A stretch of DNA of 64,000 bases from an uncultured delta proteobacterium (lineage in GTDB: Bacteria > Desulfobacterota > Syntrophia > Syntrophales > Fen-1087), in assembly GCA_963754515.1 (NCBI GenBank), contig CAVWGC010000001.1:456-64455 (forward strand), in the 5' to 3' direction. Under the pieces are notes generated by a model. The model had not been told where the DNA came from. It worked only from the letters and a program-made list of their open reading frames with translations, and searched no databases. Numbering within the stretch: the first letter of the stretch is position 1; every line of letters starts with the position of its first letter. Of this stretch, positions 25,381 to 33,234 are shown piece by piece. Made by a program: the position numbers and the translations under genes.

Positions 25381-26760
25381 ATGCCTTCGGACGACACCAT
25401 CGCCGCCATTGCCACCCCTCCCGGCGTCGGCGGCATCGGGATTATCCGGGTCAGCGGCCCGCTCTCGGAGGCAATCGCCCGCCTCCTCTTTCGATCCCCG
25501 AAGGGCGCTTTTCCGCTGAAGTCCCATCAGCTCTACCACGGACGGATCATTTCGCCTTCCACGGGCGCCATCCTCGATGAAGCGCTGATCACGCTCATGC
25601 GGAAACCCCGTTCCTACACCGGCGAGGACCTGCTGGAGATCCAGGGTCACGGCAGTCCGCTGATTCTGGAGGCCGTGCTGACCGAAGTCATCCGGGCCGG
25701 CGCAAGGCCGGCTGCACCGGGCGAATTCACGCGGCGGGCCTTTCTGAACAACCGCATCGACCTGACGCAAGCCGAGGCGCTCATGGGCCTGATGACGGCC
25801 GGAACCTCCCGAAGCCTGGACATTGCCCACGCCCAGTTGCAGGGCGCCCTGAGCTGCCGGATTGAAGCTTTCCGCCAGACCCTCATTGCAATCCTGGCAA
25901 CACTGGAAGCCGCCATCGACTTTTCCGAAGATGACGGCGGACACACCCCGCCAAACGGCGCGGCGGCACAGATCCGGGATGTTTCCGACGGGATCCGGGA
26001 GTTGCTGTCCACCTGCAAGGAGGGCGCGTTGATCCGGAAAGGCGCCGGCGCCGTGATCATCGGCCGCCCGAACGTCGGTAAATCAAGCCTTCTCAACCGG
26101 CTGCTCGGGGAAAACAGGGCCATCGTGACGGCGATTCCAGGCACCACGCGCGACTTCATTGAAGAGTCCATCGATATCCACGGCATCGCCGTCAGGCTGA
26201 CCGACACCGCCGGTCTCAGAAATCCCGACAACATCATTGAAAAAGAAGGGATTGAACGGGTCTGGGGAAAGTTGTCCACAGCGGATGTGATTATTGCCGT
26301 TTTCGACGGCAGTATGCCGCTGGCCGGAGAGGACCGTGACATTCTGGAAAAAACAAAATCTCACAACATCGTCCCGGTCATCAACAAGTCGGATCTGGAC
26401 CATCTCCTGAACGACCGGGCATTGCAGGCATGGCTGCCCGATGCGGAACCGCTGCGGATCTCGGCAAAAACGGGTTTCGGCATCCCGGCCCTGAAGGAGA
26501 ATATTTACCGGCGGCTGACGGGCGAACAGGCGGAGCAGGCCGCTGAAATCGTGATCACACAGATCCGACACAAAACAGCCCTGGAAAAAACAATCGGCCA
26601 CCTGCAGCAGGCCCAGGCGAGTCTGGCGGACGCCATGTCCTTTGAATTCATCGCCTTCGACCTCCGGGAAGCCCTGGACAGCCTCGGAGAAATCGTAGGC
26701 GTCACGACGTCGGAGGATGTTCTGGACCGCATCTTTTCAACCTTCTGCATCGGCAAGTAA
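25381..26760 (+). CDS. mnmE: tRNA modification GTPase MnmE
   Basis: DTIAAIATPPGVGGIGIIRVSG, G1 motif GRPNVGKSS, C-terminal FCIGK. Confidence 0.95.
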   Translation: MPSDDTIAAIATPPGVGGIGIIRVSGPLSEAIARLLFRSPKGAFPLKSHQLYHGRIISPSTGAILDEALITLMRKPRSYTGEDLLEIQGHGSPLILEAVLTEVIRAGARPAAPGEFTRRAFLNNRIDLTQAEALMGLMTAGTSRSLDIAHAQLQGALSCRIEAFRQTLIAILATLEAAIDFSEDDGGHTPPNGAAAQIRDVSDGIRELLSTCKEGALIRKGAGAVIIGRPNVGKSSLLNRLLGENRAIVTAIPGTTRDFIEESIDIHGIAVRLTDTAGLRNPDNIIEKEGIERVWGKLSTADVIIAVFDGSMPLAGEDRDILEKTKSHNIVPVINKSDLDHLLNDRALQAWLPDAEPLRISAKTGFGIPALKENIYRRLTGEQAEQAAEIVITQIRHKTALEKTIGHLQQAQASLADAMSFEFIAFDLREALDSLGEIVGVTTSEDVLDRIFSTFCIGK

Positions 26761-26763
26761 CCT

Positions 26764-27096
26764 ATGACCGAACACATTCACCAACCTCCCGGAATGGAAG
26801 TCCAGTCTATCGGCGGTCACTACACGATCATCGAAGAGGGCCGCATAAACCACCGGGGCAGGATTTTGCTGTATGTGGCGGGCATCGCCGTTGTCGACAG
26901 GTCCTGCTGCGGAACAGGCGGATGCCGGTTTATCCATGTTCCCGGCTATATCACATCCTGGCAGCATCAAACCGGACCCGATGGTCTGGCCGTCAGCGCC
27001 GTGGAACCCGTCGCTGACCCCAAAGACCGGAAAACAATCAAAGCGCTTCTGGACCTGCAATTCCCGCATTCCCAGGTTTTTTTCGGAGAGGCATAA
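26764..27096 (+). CDS. Hypothetical 110-aa protein with a CCGTGGC motif
   Basis: The ATG lies 4 nt after the mnmE stop. No family recognised. Coding-like codon usage. Confidence 0.5.
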   Translation: MTEHIHQPPGMEVQSIGGHYTIIEEGRINHRGRILLYVAGIAVVDRSCCGTGGCRFIHVPGYITSWQHQTGPDGLAVSAVEPVADPKDRKTIKALLDLQFPHSQVFFGEA

Positions 27097-27296
27097 TCGC
27101 CCCACAGTGCGGATAATTATATTTACATCTCACGCTCATTTCATTATATTGGCCCGGAAATGCGAAAGGTCGAATGCGCTGTCATCACGATGAAAATTAG
27201 CAGCACGCGGACGTCCGAAGCGGTCAAAAACCAGCAGAGACTAATACAGCAGATACAAGGTCAATAATTTTTCGTTGCAGAAGGGAGAAAAAGGGG

Positions 27297-28265
27297 ATGG
27301 TAAAAATGAAGGAAATCAGGGCGAAAGATCTGGATACAGCTTTATTTATCAGGGAAAAAGTCAGGGAATTGCGCAGCAAGGTCGGGAAAGGCCTGGCCAT
27401 TAACGCCCTTTCGGGCGGCGTGGACTCGTCCGTTGTCACCGCGCTGGGATTCAAGGCCCTGGGGGAGCGCCTGGTCAGCTATTTTATTGACAACGGCCTC
27501 ATGCGCCAGGGCGAGCCGCAGCGTGTCGTCGCGCTTTTCCGCGAAATCGGCATCCCGGTCGTCATCATCCCCGCGCAAAAGGCGTTCTTCGCCGCACTGA
27601 AAGGCATCACCGATCCGGAAGAAAAACGCGAAGCCATCACGCAGACCTTCTACCGGGACGTGTTCCGAAAGCTGGTCCTCGACAGTGGCGCCAAACATCT
27701 GCTGCAGGGCACGATTCTCACCGACGTGGATGAGACCGTGGCCGGCATCAAGCGCCAGCACAATGTCTTTGAACAGTTGGGCATCGATCCCCAGAAAGTC
27801 TTTGGATACAAGATTCTGGAACCGCTCATTGAGCTGCGTAAGGACGGCGTCAGAAAACTGGGGCAGGCCCTCGGGTTGCCGGAGGCGGCATTCATGAGAA
27901 TCCCCTTTCCCGGTCCCGCCCTTGCCGCCCGCGTTATCGGCGACGTGACGCCTGAGAAGATCAGGATCGTCCGAAAGGCGACGGCCATCACCGAAAAAGC
28001 GCTCGGCGGTTCGGGCGCCTTTCAGTATCTGGCGATTCTGCATGACGATCGCGTGACGGGCATGAAAGACGGCAAGCGGGTCTTTGGAAACCAGATCGAA
28101 ATCCGCTGCTGGGACAGTCTGGACGCACGCGTCGCCCGGCCGACACGTCTGCCCTTTGAGACGCTGGAAGAAATCGCGAAGCAGATCGTGGACGCAATCC
28201 CCGGGGTGGTCAGCGTCACCTATAACATCACGCCCAAGCCGCCCTCCACGATCGAGGCGGTATAA
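27297..28265 (+). CDS. GMP synthase ATP-pyrophosphatase/dimerisation domains only (GuaA subunit-B-like)
   Basis: PP-loop ALSGGVDSSV, LLQGTILTDV, IKRQHNV, EPLIELRKDGVRKLG, PFPGPALAARV, and C-terminal YNITPKPPSTIE. No glutamine amidotransferase domain. Confidence 0.75.
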   Translation: MVKMKEIRAKDLDTALFIREKVRELRSKVGKGLAINALSGGVDSSVVTALGFKALGERLVSYFIDNGLMRQGEPQRVVALFREIGIPVVIIPAQKAFFAALKGITDPEEKREAITQTFYRDVFRKLVLDSGAKHLLQGTILTDVDETVAGIKRQHNVFEQLGIDPQKVFGYKILEPLIELRKDGVRKLGQALGLPEAAFMRIPFPGPALAARVIGDVTPEKIRIVRKATAITEKALGGSGAFQYLAILHDDRVTGMKDGKRVFGNQIEIRCWDSLDARVARPTRLPFETLEEIAKQIVDAIPGVVSVTYNITPKPPSTIEAV

Positions 28266-28317
28266 GGCGTGATGTCGCAACGGGTGTTTTTAGAGGTCTC
28301 CGTCTGTGATCCGATGA

Positions 28318-29370
28318 TTAATCGAGATACCCCTTGATCGGCATCAACTGCTGGCGCCTGAGAATGGCGCCTGTCGCCGCAATGACATCGCCGGGGATGC
28401 GAACCTTCGCGTGCAGCATCGGCCCCACTTTTATATCCGCCCGGGGGCCGAAGGCGAAGAAATGATCGATGGCCTTGTTGGCGTTGGCAAAGGCATTGCC
28501 GCAGGGCAAGGGCTGCACGAGCGTAAAGACCTCGGTGATGGCCGCAGTCAGCCTTTCAGAAATCTCCCCGGCTTCTTTCTGATGGCCCTTCTCCAGATTG
28601 CCGATGAGGGTTGAAAGCTCCCGGGCAAAGCAGTTTGCCGTGCTGAGCAGAAACCCCGCGTAAGGCCCGCCGGTTTCCCGCAGCCATTTTGCGTAATCAC
28701 CTTCGGCGCCCCGCACCAGAAAAACACCTCCCTTGTCCACCGAGGATGTTGCGATACCGTCCTGACCGCTCGAATCCTTGAAGAAGATCAGGTTGAAATA
28801 TTTTTCGAGAAGCCTGCCAAAGGTCTCCGGCGAGACTTCATTTTCAGTCACCTGGGGGAGCTGATACAGGGCGACGGGCAGCCCAAGGTCGAGGGTCGTG
28901 GAGAGTCCGGCTTCCATGTCCGCCTGCGTCAGCGTCTTTCCCGACGACGGGCAAACGGTAAACCCGCAAACCCGTTTGTCTTTGAGCATTCGTGCCACAT
29001 CATCATCGCCGGACAAACCATTTGGGTCGATCAGCTTCAGGATGCCGGAAATCGTCCGCTGCACGCTTTCGGCATCCCGCTTCAGAGCGCCCAAAAGCAG
29101 ATATATTTCGTGCTTCCGGGCCTGCTGCAACGCAAATTCTGCAACCTGCATGGTTTCCTGCTCGTCCAGCTCCCAACCGTCGCCCGTTGAACCGGGAATC
29201 AGAAATCCCTTCACCCAGGGGACAATATGGCGGAAATGGGCGGACATTCGGTCAAGGTCGATGGTGCCGTCGTTCTGGTAATGCGTCAGCAAAGGGCACC
29301 ATAACCTGGGAATTCCGGCCGGAAAAAACTCCCGCATGAGGGTCTGTCTCTTTTTCGCGATCGTATTCAT
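28318..29370 (-). CDS. Dihydrodipicolinate synthase/N-acetylneuraminate lyase-family aldolase
   Basis: GFLIPGSTGDGWELDEQE motif region with a TIM-barrel-like pattern. 350 aa. Confidence 0.55.
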   Translation of the reverse strand: MNTIAKKRQTLMREFFPAGIPRLWCPLLTHYQNDGTIDLDRMSAHFRHIVPWVKGFLIPGSTGDGWELDEQETMQVAEFALQQARKHEIYLLLGALKRDAESVQRTISGILKLIDPNGLSGDDDVARMLKDKRVCGFTVCPSSGKTLTQADMEAGLSTTLDLGLPVALYQLPQVTENEVSPETFGRLLEKYFNLIFFKDSSGQDGIATSSVDKGGVFLVRGAEGDYAKWLRETGGPYAGFLLSTANCFARELSTLIGNLEKGHQKEAGEISERLTAAITEVFTLVQPLPCGNAFANANKAIDHFFAFGPRADIKVGPMLHAKVRIPGDVIAATGAILRRQQLMPIKGYLD

Positions 29371-29396
29371 AAAATGGGGCCTCCGGAATGTGTTTT

Positions 29397-30512
29397 TCAG
29401 GTCGTCTGCAATAGTTTTTTCAGGGCCGCCAGCAGCCGGGAGACGCTCTCTTCCCTGGACGAATGGCCCATCAGGCCGATCCGCCAGATCTTGCCCGCCA
29501 GGGGTCCAAGGCCAGCACCGATTTCGATTCTGAACTCACTGCGCAACAGTTTCCGGATGGACAGCTCATCGACGCCCGCCGGAATCATAACCGTATTGAG
29601 CATGGGCAGCCGCCAGGGCTCCTCCACGAGCATCTCCATGCCGAGTTCCCTGAGGCCGCCGACCAGCGCCAGGTGGTTCTTCCGGTGCCGCTGGAAGGCT
29701 TTATCGAGTCCCTCTTCGAGCAGCAACGCGAGGGCCTGGTAGAGCCCGTAAAGCATGTTCACGGGCGCGGTGTGGTGATAGACGCGTTTGGCGCCCCAGT
29801 AATTCGCGATAAGCGACAGGTCCAGATACCAGTTGGGGACTTTGGTTTTGCGGCCGTTGAGTTTGGCAACCGCCTTTTCGGAAAAGGACAGGGGCGCAAG
29901 GCCCGGCGGGCAGGACAGGCATTTCTGCGTCCCGCTGTACAGCGCATCGATGCCCCATTCGTCCATGCGCACGTCGATCCCGCCGAGGCTCGTCACCGCA
30001 TCCACGAGGTAGAGTGTATCGCTTCCCTTGAGGAGTTTCCCGATTTCAGCCACCGGGTTCATAACGCCCGTTGATGTTTCCGCGTGCACCACGGCAACGA
30101 TGCGGTAGGCGTTTTCTCGGATTTTCTTTTCCACCGCTTCCGGAAGAACCGGCGTCCCCCAGGCGAATTCAAGGGTCTCCACTGCGGCGCCCAGCCGGGC
30201 TGCCACATCGCTCATGCGCATGCCGAAAACGCCGTTGATGAGGATCAGCGCTGTGTCGCCCGGTTCGATGAGATTCACGAAACAGGCCTCCATGCCGGCC
30301 GATCCGGTTCCGGACATGGGAACCGTCAGGGTGTTTTTGGTGTTCAGTACCTGCCTGAGCATCTCCCTGATTCCGTCCATGATCGTCATGAAATAGGGGT
30401 CCATATGCCCGAGGGTCTTGCGGCTCAGGGCGTCATAGACTTCCTGCGGGACGCATGACGGACCGGGACCAAGCAACAATACGTCTTCGATGCCTTCCAG
30501 TAAATTCTGCAT
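29397..30512 (-). CDS. Class-V aminotransferase (serine-pyruvate/alanine-glyoxylate type)
   Basis: LLLGPGPS N-terminus, LYLVDAVTSLGG, and YSGTQKCLSCPPG (PLP lysine). Confidence 0.85.
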   Translation of the reverse strand: MQNLLEGIEDVLLLGPGPSCVPQEVYDALSRKTLGHMDPYFMTIMDGIREMLRQVLNTKNTLTVPMSGTGSAGMEACFVNLIEPGDTALILINGVFGMRMSDVAARLGAAVETLEFAWGTPVLPEAVEKKIRENAYRIVAVVHAETSTGVMNPVAEIGKLLKGSDTLYLVDAVTSLGGIDVRMDEWGIDALYSGTQKCLSCPPGLAPLSFSEKAVAKLNGRKTKVPNWYLDLSLIANYWGAKRVYHHTAPVNMLYGLYQALALLLEEGLDKAFQRHRKNHLALVGGLRELGMEMLVEEPWRLPMLNTVMIPAGVDELSIRKLLRSEFRIEIGAGLGPLAGKIWRIGLMGHSSREESVSRLLAALKKLLQTT

Positions 30513-30531
30513 GTCAATATTCTCCTTTTAT

Positions 30532-30645
30532 TACTCCGGCGATTAAACATATAAAAAGTTATGCCGAACTTGATCCGGCATTCAGTCCGGTTTTGGATTC
30601 CCGCTTCCGCGGGAATGACGACTTTGATATATTGTTGCCGGTATA
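30532..30645 (-). repeat. MITE-like element R2, full copy (114 bp)
   Basis: TACTCCGGCGA...TTGCCGGTATA ends. The second hairpin is identical to copy 5387-5505. The first hairpin has a different sequence but is still self-complementary (ATGCCG..CGGCAT). Confidence 0.85.
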
Positions 30646-30654
30646 ATAATGGGA

Positions 30655-31584
30655 TCAATCCGTTGCGCCGGCAGTTTCGATCTTCCGGATCTGATCGAAC
30701 AGTCTCTGATTCACCGGCGTGGGAACGTTGTAGCGCAGGCCCAGCTCGATCACCCTGCCGGCAAACATCTCCACCTCGGTTTTTCGACCCGCCTCCACGT
30801 CCTGAAGCATGGAGGTCTTCCCCTGCGGATTCAGCCGGAAGAGGAAGGGATCGAAACCGTCGATATCCGCTTCCGACAGATCAACACCGGCTTTGACGGC
30901 CAAACGCACCACTTCCCGCATGGCCGCGCCCATGAGCTCCCTCGCCTCCCCTGCGGTCTGAAACATCGCATAGGGGGCGCGCAGCACGGCCGATGCCTGG
31001 TTGATCCCCACGTTGATCATGAATTTCCACCACAGGATGCGCAGCATGTCCGGCGGCGTCTCATAAATGATGCCGGCCTTTTGAAAACATTCCTGAACGT
31101 GCCGGACCTTCTCCGTCGGAATGAGATTGGTTGCCTCGCCGATGAACAGCTTGCCCTGTGTGGTATAAATGACGCGATTTGCGTCCCGCAGTGCATCGAT
31201 TCCGAGGGAAACGGCGTACAGGACCCTGTCCATGCCATAGGCGGCGCCGATCCGCTCCTCGCTCTCGATGCCGTTCATGACGGAAATGATCAGGGTTTTC
31301 GCGCCCACCCGGTTTTTCATATCCCCGATGGCGTCGTCGAGATGCTGGTATTTGACGGCGACGATGACGAGATCGGCCGGCTCGGCGCGTTCCTCCGGGG
31401 TGAGGACGGAAATATGGTAGGATTTGCCGTTGACGACCACGCCTTCCCGGCGGAGCCTTTCTGCACGCTCTCCTCCGGCCACAAAGGCGACGCAACCGGG
31501 GTCCATATCATAAAGCATGGCGGCATAAACCGCCCCCAGCGCGCCGGCCCCGATAATGGAAACGGTTTTGATGGATGGTTTCAT
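30655..31584 (-). CDS. 2-dehydropantoate 2-reductase family (PanE/ApbA-like) oxidoreductase
   Basis: VSIIGAGALGAVYAAML Rossmann motif. Start at MKPSIK after GAGGAAG. Confidence 0.7.
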   Translation of the reverse strand: MKPSIKTVSIIGAGALGAVYAAMLYDMDPGCVAFVAGGERAERLRREGVVVNGKSYHISVLTPEERAEPADLVIVAVKYQHLDDAIGDMKNRVGAKTLIISVMNGIESEERIGAAYGMDRVLYAVSLGIDALRDANRVIYTTQGKLFIGEATNLIPTEKVRHVQECFQKAGIIYETPPDMLRILWWKFMINVGINQASAVLRAPYAMFQTAGEARELMGAAMREVVRLAVKAGVDLSEADIDGFDPFLFRLNPQGKTSMLQDVEAGRKTEVEMFAGRVIELGLRYNVPTPVNQRLFDQIRKIETAGATD

Positions 31585-31751
31585 AACTTCCTCAATCTTT
31601 ATTGCCACAGCATTTCTTAACGTCGAATTCAAATGTCCCGGCATGGAAATCATACCTAAAAGATATATGTTGTCAATCAGTTATATTTTGAGTGATATTT
31701 AAAGACAAGATGAAACGTTTTAACAATGGCACTATTTCATGTGGGGACCCG

Positions 31752-33070
31752 TTGCCTCATATTAAAATGTTACCCAAAGAGGAACGATAGAGGATAACGT
31801 TGCCTCATAAAGAATGTTACCCTAGCTTGATATGAGAGCAGATCCGTTTTAGTTTCTTTTCCATGGTTTTTCTTAACAGGAAAGGGTTGTTCTTTTCAAG
31901 TTGTTTGGAGAGGGCCTGTTTTATGGAATCAGAGATATGCGGTGAAGCGAGGATCCTCTGGTAAGAGGTTTTGGGAGTCATGGTGTTTGATGGTTTTAGA
32001 TCCGGATCTTTCTTTGGCGATGAGTTTGACGGAAGGGCAGAAGAAGTTGTGAAAGAGCCGCCATTCTTTTGTGTAGAGGTGATTGAGGAGGGACGATTCG
32101 GGTTGATCTAATCTTTCGTACCCCAGCCATTGTCTTGCGTGCGTCCAGTTTTTCTGTTCGATGTGTGCGTTATCGTCTTTGTGATAGGCCCTGCTGCGGG
32201 TAAAGCGGACGGATTGATTTCTTTGGGAGAAGTGACGGAAGAGGTGGTAATTGAGGAACTCTGAGCCGTTATCGGAATCGAAGCCGAGGAGAGGAAACGG
32301 CAGGGATTTTTCAATATCCTTGATTTGTTCCAGTACCCCGGTTTCTCCTTTTCCCCAGACGGCGCGTTGCTCGGTCCATCCGGTGGCGATATCGACGGTG
32401 TCGAGGTTATAGACGAACATACCTGAGAGGGATTCTCCGCAATGGGCGACGGTATCGGCCTCGAGGAACCCTGGTTTTGATTCGTCCCATTGATTGGTTT
32501 GGATGGGTATTTGTTTTCTTAAAAGGGTTCCCGGCTTGGTTGTTGATCGGCCCCTTTTTTGATATTGGATTCGGGTGGGTGCAAGAAGCCGGGCTATGGT
32601 TGCCGGAGAGATTGCCATCAGGGCATTTGTGACTTTTCTGGAGGAAGCTTTCCGAACAATTGATCATATCCGGGCATCCAGATCGGCAGAATGGCTTTCA
32701 GTCGTTTTGAGCAGGGAAGATTGGCTGCAAGCCATATCTGTTTTAGCGGGGTGATGACCTCGTCTTTCCGGTAAACGGGCTTTGGCCCCCGTCTCTTTGG
32801 CTTGGGTTTTGTAAATCGTTTGAAGCTGCGCAAGAGCCTGATGGCGTATTTACAGTGATAGCCGAACATTGCGCAGAACTCGTTAAGGATGAATGTTTTT
32901 TCGATGTGGGAGGCATTTTTATAGTGCCGGTGCGCGGCTTCCGTGTACTCTTTTTTGGATCGCGGACTCATGATTATCCCTCCTTTTGGAAGTCGATGTT
33001 CGGTAACATCGAATTATGAGTCAACGATCCTCTTTATTCACCTCCTTGGGTAACATTTAATATGAGTCAA
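31752..33070 (-). mobile_element. Insertion sequence (about 1.3 kb) with an rve-type DDE transposase, apparently decayed
   Basis: Terminal inverted repeats TTGCCTCATATTAAAATGTTACCCAAAGAGG (31752-31782) and CCTCCTTGGGTAACATTTAATATGAGTCAA (33041-33070). A second, subterminal copy of the about 23-bp motif is at each end (31800-31822 and 33002-33024). Confidence 0.8.
31817..32971 (-). pseudogene. DDE (integrase-core, rve) transposase with two frameshifts
   Basis: ORF 32618..32971 (HTH-like N-terminus) and ORF 31929..32618 (EADTVAH, FDSDNGSEF and HIEQKNW, forming the D-D-E triad) are in different frames (TGATG junction). The C-terminus continues in a third frame as TPKTSYQRILASPHISDSIKQALSKQLEKNNPFLLRKTMEKKLKRICSHIKLG down to the stop at 31817-31819. 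Confidence 0.8.
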
Positions 33071-33090
33071 TTCGGGGAGTCAATATTGCA

Positions 33091-33119
33091 TTGACAGACA
33101 AGTCCGATCTCTTTATACT
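33091..33119 (+). promoter_or_regulatory. Strong sigma70-like promoter for the CoA-transferase-GNAT gene
   Basis: TTGACA at 33091-33096, 17-nt spacer, TATACT at 33114-33119. Leaves a leader of about 110 nt. Confidence 0.55.
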
Positions 33120-33234
33120 TCCTGCCAATATCAAATATGAAGTTATTAAATAAAACCTTGATTAACCGTAAGAATCATTTAGATTTGCTAAAGGATGCAG
33201 CAGACAGTTCATAAGCCCAGATATTCAGATTGAT

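Noticed and set aside
27097-27296. Purine/guanine riboswitch upstream of the GuaA-like gene.
   Set aside because: I could not find the conserved three-way-junction loop sequences of purine riboswitches. The region contains only weak, unconvincing stems.
33137-33214. 25-codon upstream ORF (MKLLNKTLINRKNHLDLLKDAADSS) in the leader of the CoA-transferase-GNAT gene. It shares the 11-mer ATATGAAGTTA with the main start region.
   Set aside because: It has no convincing RBS and I cannot assess conservation. The shared 11-mer may be coincidence in AT-rich DNA. It is only worth a look if ribosome profiling exists.
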